A stretch of 64,000 bases of DNA. Source: a candidate division WOR-3 bacterium. GTDB taxonomy: Bacteria; Hydrothermota; 32-111. A program made the translations under genes and the position numbers. Positions 8,813 to 18,517 of the stretch are shown piece after piece. The number at the start of each line of letters is the position of its first letter. Positions within the stretch are counted from its first letter, which is position 1. The notes under the pieces were generated by a model. It worked only from the letters and a program-made list of their open reading frames with translations, did not search any database and was not told the origin of the DNA. Location: the NCBI GenBank assembly GCA_039804105.1, contig JBDRZU010000001.1, forward strand, positions 352,001-416,000, in the 5' to 3' direction.

Positions 8813-9843
8813 TTCATTTTTTTCAACAATGAAAGAATTGACCTTCTTGAAAAAGGTTTTTTCAAAAGTGGTATTTTAAACTCTCTGATTATCCTTTTGA
8901 CTTCAGCAGGTATTGAATAACCTGTTATAAAAATAAATTTTATGTCAGGATAATTTTTTCTTACAAGATGAAAGACTTCTGATCCTGACTCATTTTTTAT
9001 CCTTATATCACAGAATATCATCGAAATTTTTTCTTTACCTTTTTCTATAATCTCTATAGCATCCTTTATATTCTCAGATTGTATCGTTTCTATTCCTTCC
9101 TCGTTTAAAACATCAATTATCGATTCCCTCACTTCTCTTTCGTCATCTATTATGAGGACTTTTTCAGTTTTTGTTGATGGTGGGAGTTTGATCATTTGAG
9201 AATCATCAGTGTAGGGGATAAGTTCAGGATCATGTTCATGAACAACGGCAAACCTTTTTAGAATATCGTTTATTTTGTTCAAACTATTTTTTATTCTTTC
9301 TATCAATTTTTTTTCTTTCTCTGTTAATTTGTTACCCAATTTTTTTTCAAGCATCTCCGTTGAAAGCAGGATCACCGAAAGTGGTTGATTCAACTCATGA
9401 TGCATCGTTATCACTGAAGCTTTGATAATGTTCATTTTTGCAAGTTTTATATTGTCTTTCATATCCTCAATCATTTTCAAAATGATTTTTATTCTTGAAT
9501 CGAGTTGATTGATATCTATTGGCTTATAAATATAATCAACTGCTCCAGCTTCAAGTCCTTCAGCAACGATTGCAGTATCTGTCAAATGTGAAAGGAATAT
9601 CACAGGTATCTCTTTGAGTTGTTCATCTTCCTGGATCTCCCGACAGATATCGATCCCATTGAATTCGTTCAAATCTATATCAAGAATAATTATATCGGGT
9701 AAAAACTCTTTTATCCTTTTGATGCATTTGTTTGGATCATTATCAGCATAAACCACATAGCCAAGTGAAGTTAATGACTTGCTTAAAAAAGTTGTAACAG
9801 TAATGCTATCATCAAGAAGATAAATTCTAATCTTATTTCTCAT
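8806..9843 (-). CDS. REC-HisKA(DHp)-REC signalling protein lacking an ATPase domain
   Basis: Two receiver domains (LLDDS/ILDID/YKP and IIDDE/FCDIR/ITG/KKP) flanking H-box TMHHELNQPL. Confidence 0.8.
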   Translation of the reverse strand: MRNKIRIYLLDDSITVTTFLSKSLTSLGYVVYADNDPNKCIKRIKEFLPDIIILDIDLNEFNGIDICREIQEDEQLKEIPVIFLSHLTDTAIVAEGLEAGAVDYIYKPIDINQLDSRIKIILKMIEDMKDNIKLAKMNIIKASVITMHHELNQPLSVILLSTEMLEKKLGNKLTEKEKKLIERIKNSLNKINDILKRFAVVHEHDPELIPYTDDSQMIKLPPSTKTEKVLIIDDEREVRESIIDVLNEEGIETIQSENIKDAIEIIEKGKEKISMIFCDIRIKNESGSEVFHLVRKNYPDIKFIFITGYSIPAEVKRIIREFKIPLLKKPFSRRSILSLLKKMNQ

Positions 9844-10193
9844 TTTTCCCCCCTTAAAAGGTTAATTACTTCGTTTAACTTCCTCTTTACCTCCCCTTTC
9901 AAAAAACTTTTTCCATTTTCAAAATCGAGATTTAGTTGAACGATTTCAACTTTTGAATTCATAACTTCATTCGCTCCTTTTATCGTATATTTTTTTTCAT
10001 ACAACAATTCTTTAATTTTTTTAACTGTCTCAATATCCTTTTCAGTATACATTCTTCTTCCGTTAACAGAATGTTTCATCGGTTTTAACTTTGGGAAAAC
10101 GGTCTCCCAATATCTTAAAACATAACTTCTCAGTCCTGTAATCTGAGAAACCTCCTTTATCGAATAGTATCTTTTTTTATATTCTGTTTTCAT
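9840..10193 (-). CDS. MerR-family transcriptional regulator
   Basis: YYSIKEVSQITGLRSYVLRYWE...GRRMY...LLYEKKYTIKGA. Confidence 0.9.
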   Translation of the reverse strand: MKTEYKKRYYSIKEVSQITGLRSYVLRYWETVFPKLKPMKHSVNGRRMYTEKDIETVKKIKELLYEKKYTIKGANEVMNSKVEIVQLNLDFENGKSFLKGEVKRKLNEVINLLRGEK

Positions 10194-10797
10194 TCCCCTT
10201 AATCAATCTTTCAATGTTACTTTTATGTTTTAAGATTATAAAAATAACAACAATAAGAATTAAAACAAAATCGATATTAGAAAATTTTTTAAAAGGAAAA
10301 GTTATATCCAACAGTTTGCCCATAACAAAATAAACTACTGGAAAAAGAAACGCTGATATTATGGTACCCACAGCAACTATTCTTGTTACAATAACGGATA
10401 TTAGAAAAAAAATAGCGCATATTAAAATTTCCAATGGGAAAAGCACCAAAAAACTTCCGAAGGATGTCGCAGCACCTTTTCCACCTTTAAATTTCAGATA
10501 TGGGGTGAACATATGTCCTAACACCGTTGATATTGCAACGATTGTTGAAACTTCAAGATTTTTATCAAAATAAAAAACGGATATTAATGTTGGGATAAAA
10601 CCCTTTAAAAAATCTAAAATAAATACAATAACTCCATATTTCCATCCACCAACTCTGTAAACATTGGTTGCTCCAACATTACCACTTCCAACTTTTCTTA
10701 TATCTATTTTTAAAAAGAGTTTTGAAACTATAAAAGCGAAAGGTATACCTGAAAAAAGATATGACAAAATACAAAAAATAATAACTTTAACTATCAT
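10177..10797 (-). CDS. plsY: Glycerol-3-phosphate acyltransferase PlsY
   Basis: DIRKVGSGNVGATNVYR, GHMF..FKGGKGAAT, KHKSNIERL motifs. Confidence 0.95.
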   Translation of the reverse strand: MIVKVIIFCILSYLFSGIPFAFIVSKLFLKIDIRKVGSGNVGATNVYRVGGWKYGVIVFILDFLKGFIPTLISVFYFDKNLEVSTIVAISTVLGHMFTPYLKFKGGKGAATSFGSFLVLFPLEILICAIFFLISVIVTRIVAVGTIISAFLFPVVYFVMGKLLDITFPFKKFSNIDFVLILIVVIFIILKHKSNIERLIKGNENRI

Positions 10798-12100
10798 TCT
10801 TACTCCTCAACTCAACATCGAAAGGAATTTCTGACAATTTCAATACCTCTCTTATTTTGTTAATTATATATCTTCTATAATTTCTGTCAATATTTTCTGG
10901 ATCGTTCACCCTGAGTATGAAAACAATTGGATCAGCTGACTTTTGAGTCAAACTGTAAAATCTTGGTCTTTTTCCAGTTTTTAAAACAGGATGTTTAAAG
11001 TTTGGTATAATCTGCTCAAAAAGTATCGAATTCAACAAACTCTTTTTAAATTTTGCTGGTAATTTACTTTTCAATTCATAAGATTTTTCAAGTATTTTAT
11101 AAATATGTTTTTTCTCTTTTGCTGAAATGAAAAATTTTGGTAAAAATTCTCCAAATTCAAGGTAGCCAAGAACCTCTTTATAAAATTTTGTCTTTTCAAC
11201 TTCAGTTATAAGATCGGTCTTATTGAAAACAACAATTGTTGGCTTCAAAAGTGCAAGTGATTCTCCAAGTATCTTCTTGTCCTGAAAGGTAACTTTCTCA
11301 TTTATATCGATCACAACCGCAACAACATCAGCCCTTTCCATAGCAAGTTTGCTTCGAAGAATTGTGTAATATTCTGTTGGTTCTTTTATTTTCGATGCTC
11401 TTCTGATACCTGCTGTATCGATTAACACAAAATTTTTATTATCATATTCAAGATAGGAATCTATAGAATCCCTAGTTGTTCCCGGAATATCAGAAACTAT
11501 CATTCTGTTCTCATTCAACAGTGCATTCACTATCGTCGATTTCCCTGTATTTGGTTTTCCAACGATCGCGATTTTTAATCCATCTTTAAAAAATTGATCC
11601 CTTTCAACATTTTTATATCTTGACACCATCATCTCTTTTAAAGATGATATATTCAATTTATGTTCAGCTGAAATCTGGATATAACTTTCAAATCCAAGTT
11701 TAAAAATTTCAGAATCCAATAAACTCTCATAATCATCACATTTGTTTATAACAAGAATTACATCATTTTTTCTACTTCTAAGTTTATTTGCGATATAGTA
11801 ATCATCACCAGTAATACCATTTTTGTTGTCAACAACAAAAAGGATCAGATCAGATTGATTTATAGCTATATCAACCTGTTGTTCTACCAATTCACTGAAT
11901 GTTACTTTTTTTGGATTCTCCTCTATCCCTCCAGTATCTATTATAACAAATTCCTTATTGTCAATTTCAATTCTATCATAATGTCTATCCCTTGTAAGGT
12001 TTGGTGTTGAATGAACAACAGCATCTCTTCTTCCAAGAAGAGCATTGAAAAGTGTAGATTTGCCAACATTTGGTTTCCCAATTATAGAAACAATGTTCAT
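10787..12100 (-). CDS. der: Ribosome biogenesis GTPase Der
   Basis: Two tandem G-domains (GKPNVGKS/TRD/DTGG and GKPNTGKS/GTTRD/DTAG) plus C-terminal KH-like domain. Confidence 0.95.
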   Translation of the reverse strand: MNIVSIIGKPNVGKSTLFNALLGRRDAVVHSTPNLTRDRHYDRIEIDNKEFVIIDTGGIEENPKKVTFSELVEQQVDIAINQSDLILFVVDNKNGITGDDYYIANKLRSRKNDVILVINKCDDYESLLDSEIFKLGFESYIQISAEHKLNISSLKEMMVSRYKNVERDQFFKDGLKIAIVGKPNTGKSTIVNALLNENRMIVSDIPGTTRDSIDSYLEYDNKNFVLIDTAGIRRASKIKEPTEYYTILRSKLAMERADVVAVVIDINEKVTFQDKKILGESLALLKPTIVVFNKTDLITEVEKTKFYKEVLGYLEFGEFLPKFFISAKEKKHIYKILEKSYELKSKLPAKFKKSLLNSILFEQIIPNFKHPVLKTGKRPRFYSLTQKSADPIVFILRVNDPENIDRNYRRYIINKIREVLKLSEIPFDVELRSKNDS

Positions 12101-13317
12101 TCTGTATACCTCACAAGATCAGTACTGTTTTCAAGTATGATAAAATTTTTACCACTTTTTTTAATAATATCTTTTTTTGTATAATTATCAAGTGTTAAAC
12201 CATCTTCGTTAAAAACTCTTTTATAGATCAAATAGTTTTTGAACTCTGTATTTTTCATCGTTTCAACAATATCTTTTCCAGATAAAAGTCCAGTCACTGT
12301 AACCATTTCCCCAAAGAATCTGTTCACAACAGGTAAAATACCTTCTGAAGAAAAAAAATTATTTTTTATTAAAAACTCTCCAAAACTTTTACCAGTCAAT
12401 ATCGCAAAACCTTTTTTAAGTTTTCTATTTTTTAATTCTGATGTTTCATCTATAAAATTTCTAACCATACCTATACCATTCTCATATTGAGGAAAAGAAT
12501 GATAGTAACTTTTAGGAGGAATCTTTTCTTCAGCTTTTAAAAAGAATTCATCAGCAATATAAACTTTTTTATATGACAATTTTTCTTTTAAATTTTCAAC
12601 AAAAGTTATCAAGTTTTTTGAATACTCTTTATCTATCGGTAAAAAGTTTGACGAATCTTTTCTGTATTTTGTTATACCCATTGGAACTATTCCAAGTGAA
12701 AGGAATTTTTTTTGTGCTGAATATTTAATCGTCTGTTCCAAATACTTTCCATCATTTATGTTTCTCATAAGAACAACCTGACCATGAATTTTGATCCCTC
12801 CATTTATAAGTTTTTCAAGTTTCTCGATCCGATTTTCAACTCCAAAAATTTTTTTTCTTAAACCATTATCGACAGAATGTATGGAAACATAAAGAGGGGA
12901 TATTTTATGCTCAATTATATTTTTCAACAATTTTTCGTTCAGATTTGAAAGTGTTATAAAATTTCCATATTCAAAAGATTCCCTGTAATCATCATCTTTA
13001 AAATACAAACTTTTTCTCAAACCTTCAGGATTTTGATCAACAAAACAGAATATACACTTATTGTTACATTTTCTTCTTTCACTTTCTTCAAACTCAACAT
13101 TTATTTTTTTATAATCATTTTTTTCAACTTCAAACTCTTTGATTTGCCCATCTTTCTTTTTAACTTTGAAAACCATTTTTTCAAAAGATGTTTCATATAT
13201 AACACCAAGAAAATCAAAAACTTCTCTTCCATTTATTGAAACAATTTTATCACCTTCTGATATTGAATATTTTTTAAAAATCGAATTCTGATTTATTTTT
13301 GAAATTTTTATAGACAT
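12097..13317 (-). CDS. DUF512 family PDZ/radical-SAM-like Fe-S protein
   Basis: N-terminal PDZ-like GDKIVSING, CNNKCIFCFVDQNP, KDDDYR, GNFITLSN, QYENGIG, TVTGLLSG. Confidence 0.9.
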   Translation of the reverse strand: MSIKISKINQNSIFKKYSISEGDKIVSINGREVFDFLGVIYETSFEKMVFKVKKKDGQIKEFEVEKNDYKKINVEFEESERRKCNNKCIFCFVDQNPEGLRKSLYFKDDDYRESFEYGNFITLSNLNEKLLKNIIEHKISPLYVSIHSVDNGLRKKIFGVENRIEKLEKLINGGIKIHGQVVLMRNINDGKYLEQTIKYSAQKKFLSLGIVPMGITKYRKDSSNFLPIDKEYSKNLITFVENLKEKLSYKKVYIADEFFLKAEEKIPPKSYYHSFPQYENGIGMVRNFIDETSELKNRKLKKGFAILTGKSFGEFLIKNNFFSSEGILPVVNRFFGEMVTVTGLLSGKDIVETMKNTEFKNYLIYKRVFNEDGLTLDNYTKKDIIKKSGKNFIILENSTDLVRYTE

Positions 13318-13901
13318 TATTTATTAAAAAGATTGTTTAATCTATAAAAAAATTTTATAAGTTCATATCCCCTAACTGTCTTGTAGGGATAAAAAAAACC
13401 ATCCTCAAGTTCCATTATTCCAAGAAATACTATATTTGATATCGGTTTGTAAGCAAAAAAATTTTCATCGATATCTTTTATTTCAGTAACATTCATTTTA
13501 AAATTTGAAAGGTATCCATTGTTCAAGATAAAAGTATAAATGAAAACTGCAAGTTGATACCGCAGAACAGGTGTATCAGGTTTAAAAGTTTTATCTGGAA
13601 GTGAAGGTACGATTCCCCTTTTGACCTGTGCGTAAAGAATTTCATTTTTGGGAAACATTTTTATATCGAAAGGTATTTCGTCTTTGTAAACATAAACATT
13701 TTCAGGAAAGTATATCCCGAAAAGATATGCAACATCACTTTTGGTAACAATATCTTTCTTATCAAGATCTTTTAAAAAGGAATACTCTTTATCAATCTTA
13801 CTTAGAAAAAAAGAAAGATATCTGTCATTCTTTTTAAAACAACCTGGAATTAAGATTGAAAGGATGAAAACCAACAGAAAAAATTTTTTTTTAAAAGACA
13901 T
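13317..13901 (-). CDS. Lipoprotein with S-layer homology (SLH)-like repeats
   Basis: Lipobox-like ILIPGC; SLH-like FKPDTPVLRYQLA and FYPYKTVRGYEL, VTKSDVA. Confidence 0.65.
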   Translation of the reverse strand: MSFKKKFFLLVFILSILIPGCFKKNDRYLSFFLSKIDKEYSFLKDLDKKDIVTKSDVAYLFGIYFPENVYVYKDEIPFDIKMFPKNEILYAQVKRGIVPSLPDKTFKPDTPVLRYQLAVFIYTFILNNGYLSNFKMNVTEIKDIDENFFAYKPISNIVFLGIMELEDGFFYPYKTVRGYELIKFFYRLNNLFNK

Positions 13902-13915
13902 AATCTTTATTAATT

Positions 13916-14001
13916 TGCCGGAGGCCGGACTCGAACCGGCACGGGATTGAAGTCCCAGCGGATTTTAAGTCCGCTATGTCTACCAATTCCATCACTCCGG
14001 C
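13916..14001 (-). tRNA. tRNA-Leu(TAA)
   Basis: GCCGGAG acceptor stem, anticodon arm GCGGA-CTTAAAA-TCCGC, long variable arm, TTCGAGT T-loop; CCA not encoded. Confidence 0.97.
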
Positions 14002-14004
14002 TTA

Positions 14005-14076
14005 AGGCGGCATCCGGATTTGAACCGGAGAATAACGGTTTTGCAGACCGTCGCCTTACCACTTGGCTATACCGCC
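14005..14076 (-). tRNA. tRNA-Cys(GCA)
   Basis: Anticodon arm ACGGT-CTGCAAA-ACCGT, U73 discriminator; CCA not encoded. Confidence 0.97.
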
Positions 14077-14086
14077 AACAAAAAAA

Positions 14087-14162
14087 TGGAGCGGGAAACG
14101 GGACTTGAACCCGCGACACTCACCTTGGCAAGGTGACGCTCTACCAACTGAGCTATTCCCGC
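14087..14162 (-). tRNA. tRNA-Gly(GCC)
   Basis: GCGGGAA acceptor, CACCT-TGCCA-AGGTG anticodon region, encoded CCA; first gene of the widespread Gly-Cys-Leu tRNA cluster. Confidence 0.97.
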
Positions 14163-14173
14163 TCTTTGAGAAC

Positions 14174-14203
14174 ATTTTATATCAAAATTATCAAAAATGT
14201 CAA
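14174..14203 (-). promoter_or_regulatory. Sigma-70-type promoter of the tRNA Gly-Cys-Leu cluster
   Basis: TTGACA, 18 nt, TAAAAT, 11 nt before tRNA-Gly. Confidence 0.55.
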
Positions 14204-14210
14204 TAGTTTT

Positions 14211-15419
14211 TTATATAGTTTTAAATACTTTTTCTATTTTCGCGAAAGCCCAATCGATATCCTTTTTCTTGATAACAAGAGGTGGAGCAAACCTGATTAT
14301 GTTTTCGTGCGTTTCCTTACACAAAAGTCCCTCTTTCATCAACGCCTCACAGAATCTTCTTGCACCACCTGCACTCTCGTGAAGTTCAACACCGATTAAA
14401 AGACCTCTTCCTCTAACTTCTTTTATGTAATCAGATTTTATAGATTTTAGAAGTTTCATAAAATAGTTACCCATCTTCAGTGCATTCTTATCAAGTTTTT
14501 CTTTGATAAGAACATCAAGTGATGCCACAGCGATCGCTGATGCAAGAGGGTTTCCACCAAAAGTTGAACCATGATCACCAGGATTAAAAACATCCATAAC
14601 TTCCTTTTTTGCAAGGAAAGCACTCACAGGATAATAACCACCTGAAAGGGCCTTTCCAAGAATAAGTCCATCTGGTTTTACTCCCTCTTCCCATTGATGA
14701 GCAAAAAGTTTACCTGTTCTACAAAGCCCTGTCTGTATTTCATCAAGAATAAAAAGAACATTGTTCTTTCGACATATTTCCTGTGCTCTCTTTAAAAATC
14801 CATCTTTTGGAATGATGATTCCACCTTCACCCTGTATTGGTTCAGTTAAAAATGCGACAGTGTTAGGAGAGATAGCTTGTTCAAGTGCATCAGCATCACC
14901 AAAAGGTATTTCAACAAAGCCAGGTGTCAAAGGACCGAATCCATCTTTATATTGAAATTCTGATGAGAAGGATATTACCGTAATCGTTCTACCATGGAAA
15001 TTGTTTCTTGAAACTATAATCTCTGCCTTATCCTTTTCAACTCCTTTAACAGTGTACCCCCATTTTCTTATAGCTTTAAGAGCTGTTTCAACAGCTTCAG
15101 CTCCAGAATTCATCGGTAACATTTTATCCATCTTTGCAAGTTTGCATAGTTTTTCATAAAACAATGGAAGTTGATCATTATGAAAAGCTCTACTCGTTAG
15201 AGTAAGTTTTTTCATTTGTTTTATTGCGGCACTTGCTATTTTAGGGTGACAATGTCCCTGATTCACAGCAGAATATGAACTCAAAAAATCAAGATATTTT
15301 TTACCTTCAGTATCCCAGACCCAGATGCCTTTACCTTTTGTTAAACAAACATCAAGTGGATGATAGTTGTTCGCACCATACTTTTTTTCGATTTCAAAAA
15401 GTTTATTTGATTTTTTCAT
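14211..15419 (-). CDS. rocD: Ornithine--oxo-acid aminotransferase
   Basis: YGANNYHPL, LSSYSAVNQGHCHP, LTLTSRAF, EPIQGEGG, DEIQTGLCRTG, GKALSGG, PGDHGSTFGGNPL. Confidence 0.92.
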   Translation of the reverse strand: MKKSNKLFEIEKKYGANNYHPLDVCLTKGKGIWVWDTEGKKYLDFLSSYSAVNQGHCHPKIASAAIKQMKKLTLTSRAFHNDQLPLFYEKLCKLAKMDKMLPMNSGAEAVETALKAIRKWGYTVKGVEKDKAEIIVSRNNFHGRTITVISFSSEFQYKDGFGPLTPGFVEIPFGDADALEQAISPNTVAFLTEPIQGEGGIIIPKDGFLKRAQEICRKNNVLFILDEIQTGLCRTGKLFAHQWEEGVKPDGLILGKALSGGYYPVSAFLAKKEVMDVFNPGDHGSTFGGNPLASAIAVASLDVLIKEKLDKNALKMGNYFMKLLKSIKSDYIKEVRGRGLLIGVELHESAGGARRFCEALMKEGLLCKETHENIIRFAPPLVIKKKDIDWAFAKIEKVFKTI

Positions 15420-15487
15420 AGTAACTCCTTTTTTTGATTTAATAAAATAACATATTAAAAATTTAAGTCAAGAGTTAACAAAAAATG

Positions 15488-15515
15488 TTGATTATTTCAA
15501 AAATCTTGCTAAAAT
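15488..15515 (+). promoter_or_regulatory. Extended -10 sigma-70-type promoter of the GT4 gene
   Basis: TTGATT, 16 nt, TGcTAAAAT; ATG 7 nt downstream, no SD. Confidence 0.5.
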
Positions 15516-15522
15516 CTTCAAT

Positions 15523-16629
15523 ATGAAAAATATTGCTGTATTCACAACAGTTCATAAGATCTATGATGCAAGAATCTACCATAAAGAGATAAAATCTTTA
15601 AAAAAATTTTATAATATTTTTTTGTATAACCCATATATTGAAGGTGAAATAAAAGAAGAACAAAACCTTCATTTTGTAAAATTGAAAAAGAGGAACAATA
15701 GATTCTTAAGAATACTTCTTTCACCCATCGATACTTTTTTACAACTTGTAAAAACAAACTATGATCTTTATCATTTTCACGATCCTGAACTTCTTGTGAC
15801 AGGAGTTCTTCTAAAAATTTTTGGGAAAAATGTTATTTATGATTCTCATGAAAACAATTATGGTTTAATAATGGAAAAGACCTACATAAAACCTTTTCTT
15901 CTAAAATTTTTTATAGCAAAAACGGTTAGATTGTTTGAAATTTTTTCATCATATTTTTTTGATGGAGTTATTGTTGCACGACCTGATCTGAAAAAACTTT
16001 ATAAAAATAAAAATATTCTAATTTTTAGAAATTTCCCAGATATACAGATAAAAATTGAAAATTCTGAAATAAATAAAGAAAGAGAGAAACCGATAATCGT
16101 TTATTCAGGTGGACTAACATACATAAGAGGGATTCTACAACTCATAGATGCAGTTGAACTTTTGGATGGAAAAGTTGAACTCCATCTTCTCGGTGAATGG
16201 CAGGATAAAGGTTTAAAAGAGGAGTGTGAAAAAAGAAATGGATACAATTTTACAAAATATCTTGGGAATTTTCCCTATGGAGAACATTTCAAATATATCA
16301 AAAACAGCGATATTGGAATAGTGCCTTTTTTACCTGCTCGAAATCACCTGACAACTCTTCCAAACAAACCTTTTGAATATTTTCTCTGTAAAATTCCAGT
16401 TTTAATGTCAAATTTCCCCTACTGGAAAACCACCTTCAAAAATATGGCTATATTTTTTGATCCTTTATCTCCAAATGATATAAAGGAGAAAATTTTATTT
16501 GTTCTTGAAAACAAAGATCTATCTTACAAACTTGTTGAAAATGCATTCAATAAACTTCAAACTGAATTCAACTGGGACAAAGAGAAAGTAAAACTTGAAA
16601 ACTTTTACAAAAGTATTCTTAAAAAATAA
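15523..16629 (+). CDS. Glycosyltransferase family 4
   Basis: TTVH..DARIYHKE, YHFHDPEL, IYDSHE, YSGGL...RGI, PNKPFEY, FNWD. Confidence 0.9.
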   Translation: MKNIAVFTTVHKIYDARIYHKEIKSLKKFYNIFLYNPYIEGEIKEEQNLHFVKLKKRNNRFLRILLSPIDTFLQLVKTNYDLYHFHDPELLVTGVLLKIFGKNVIYDSHENNYGLIMEKTYIKPFLLKFFIAKTVRLFEIFSSYFFDGVIVARPDLKKLYKNKNILIFRNFPDIQIKIENSEINKEREKPIIVYSGGLTYIRGILQLIDAVELLDGKVELHLLGEWQDKGLKEECEKRNGYNFTKYLGNFPYGEHFKYIKNSDIGIVPFLPARNHLTTLPNKPFEYFLCKIPVLMSNFPYWKTTFKNMAIFFDPLSPNDIKEKILFVLENKDLSYKLVENAFNKLQTEFNWDKEKVKLENFYKSILKK

Positions 16630-17719
16630 ACTTATCTACAATTTCCTTTAACCTTTTTACTTCGTCTTCATAGTTGAAAATATGAAAAGAAAATCTAACC
16701 ATCCCATCTCTAAAAGAAACCTTCACATTTTTCTCAATCAGGTAGTTGTAAAAATTTTTTGTATTTCTGGTTTTAAAAGAAAGTATCGGGGTTTTTATAT
16801 CTATAAGATTCTGTGAGATAAACCCAAAGTTTTCAAGTATTTTGCCTATTTGTTTTATACCTTCAATGTTATGAGAATATACATTTTCAATTCCAACACT
16901 GTTCAAAAATTTCAAATTTTCTCCCATCAAAAGAATACCAAAAAAATTCCTTGTTCCACTTTCTATTCCAGATCCATTCAATCGATATTCTGGAAGATTC
17001 TCGAATGAATCAAAATTTTTGTAGTCAAGAGAGAGCCATCCGCAATTTCTTCTAACTATTTTATCGATATGTTGTTCATCTATATAAAAAAATCCTATAC
17101 CCTGAGGGCCAAGAAGCCATTTAGAAGCACCTGCAAATAGAAAATCAACTGGGGTTTTGGAAAGATCTATCACAACTGAGCCAGCTCCCTGAATAGCATC
17201 AACAGCTAAAAGAGAGTTTCGGTTATGAACGATTTCAAGAATGAGATTAAGATCAACAATTTCACCTGTCAAATAATCAACAAGATCAACAAACACCAGA
17301 GTTTTCTTATATTTTGAAAGTTCTTTATCAAGGTTTTCAGGATTTTTCGTAATTATTTCAACTGAATACCTATCATCTTTTTGAAATGGTACTAGAGTAC
17401 ATGGGAAATTTTTTCCATATATAATTATTTTCTTGATTTCCGAAAATCCATTTTTTATCAAATGAACAGCGGAAGTTGTATTTGGAATCAAACCTATACT
17501 GTTAGGTTTGCAGTTAACAAGTTTTGCTATCTCCTTTCTACAATTTTCAATCGTTGAAAAATATGAATCTAATGGGACATCACCCTCTGTTGAAATCTTA
17601 TCAAGAAGTTCATGTGCTTTCAAAATACCATTTTTCGTAGGAATGCCTGAAGATGCTGAATTGAAATATAAAATTTCCCTTTTATTGAAATATGATGAAT
17701 AATCTTTCATAATACCCAC
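16619..17719 (-). CDS. Aminotransferase class V-fold PLP-dependent enzyme
   Basis: YFNSASSG, NTTS, VDAIQGAG, GASKWLLGPQGIG (PLP Lys), VRFSFHIFN; start GTG 17719 or ATG 17710. Confidence 0.88.
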   Translation of the reverse strand: MGIMKDYSSYFNKREILYFNSASSGIPTKNGILKAHELLDKISTEGDVPLDSYFSTIENCRKEIAKLVNCKPNSIGLIPNTTSAVHLIKNGFSEIKKIIIYGKNFPCTLVPFQKDDRYSVEIITKNPENLDKELSKYKKTLVFVDLVDYLTGEIVDLNLILEIVHNRNSLLAVDAIQGAGSVVIDLSKTPVDFLFAGASKWLLGPQGIGFFYIDEQHIDKIVRRNCGWLSLDYKNFDSFENLPEYRLNGSGIESGTRNFFGILLMGENLKFLNSVGIENVYSHNIEGIKQIGKILENFGFISQNLIDIKTPILSFKTRNTKNFYNYLIEKNVKVSFRDGMVRFSFHIFNYEDEVKRLKEIVDKFIF

Positions 17720-17731
17720 TTTTTTATTTTT

Positions 17732-17760
17732 ATTTTACCATATAGAGTTTTTACTTTCAA
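17732..17760 (-). promoter_or_regulatory. Sigma-70-type promoter of the class V aminotransferase
   Basis: TTGAAA, 17 nt, TGgTAAAAT, immediately 3' of tRNA-Arg. Confidence 0.5.
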
Positions 17761-17763
17761 GAG

Positions 17764-17837
17764 AGCGCCCGAAGGGAATCGAACCCCCAACCTCTTGATC
17801 CGTAGTCAAGTGCTCTATCCAGTTGAGCTACGGGCGC
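17764..17837 (-). tRNA. tRNA-Arg(ACG)
   Basis: GCGCCCG/CGGGCGC acceptor, A20 in D-loop, CTTGA-CTACGGA-TCAAG anticodon arm; CCA not encoded. Confidence 0.96.
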
Positions 17838-17850
17838 AAATAAAAATCTA

Positions 17851-18504
17851 TTATATACTTTCTTCTTTGCTGTTCAACTCAAATTCGTGTCTTATTGAAA
17901 AACCAATAAAAAGTTTTTTTGCCACATCTGTAAAAGGATAGGTTACATCGATCTGGAACGATTTTGGAATGAAGATGTTAACAAAAAAATCAGGGACTTT
18001 ATGTTTGAACAGATCTCCCCTTTCAATATCGAGAGTGAAAAAAATTTCGTTTTTTATTTTCTCTGCAAAATGAAAATATGTTGATAACCCAGTCGTAAAA
18101 GAAATATTTCTGTTTATATGATAAGTAGCTATTCCTGCAACTATTGGATAAACCAACACGTTCGATATATTTGTATAAAGATCACCTTCAAGTGCAAACC
18201 TGACTGGAATATTAAAATCTGGTGAGTACTTTAACCCAAATCCAGCAGATGAATTTTGATATCCCAAAATCAAATCAAGAACAGGAGCAAGTCCATAGTT
18301 GAATGAAAACCCCAAAAACCCCTTACTCTCCCTTAAAGAATCCGCAACGATTTTATCAGTTGCAGAAAAATATCCAGCATAGGATACTTTGTACTGAAAA
18401 TGAATATTCCCGGTGTAAACAGGATCAGCAAGTTGATTTGAAGAAAACAATCTAATGTTAAAAATTGATACAAATAACAATATGACAACAAAAACCCTTT
18501 TCAT
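17851..18504 (-). CDS. Hypothetical exported protein, possible outer-membrane beta-barrel
   Basis: Signal peptide; alternating aromatic beta-strand patterns (FSFNYGL, GFGLKY, ATYHIN). Confidence 0.55.
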   Translation of the reverse strand: MKRVFVVILLFVSIFNIRLFSSNQLADPVYTGNIHFQYKVSYAGYFSATDKIVADSLRESKGFLGFSFNYGLAPVLDLILGYQNSSAGFGLKYSPDFNIPVRFALEGDLYTNISNVLVYPIVAGIATYHINRNISFTTGLSTYFHFAEKIKNEIFFTLDIERGDLFKHKVPDFFVNIFIPKSFQIDVTYPFTDVAKKLFIGFSIRHEFELNSKEESI

Positions 18505-18517
18505 AAAAACCCCTTTT

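Noticed and set aside
13741..14399. ORFs 13741-13950, 13910-14119, 14133-14399 (and 22124-22315)
   Set aside because: They overlap tRNA genes or rocD; artefacts of reading through structured RNA.
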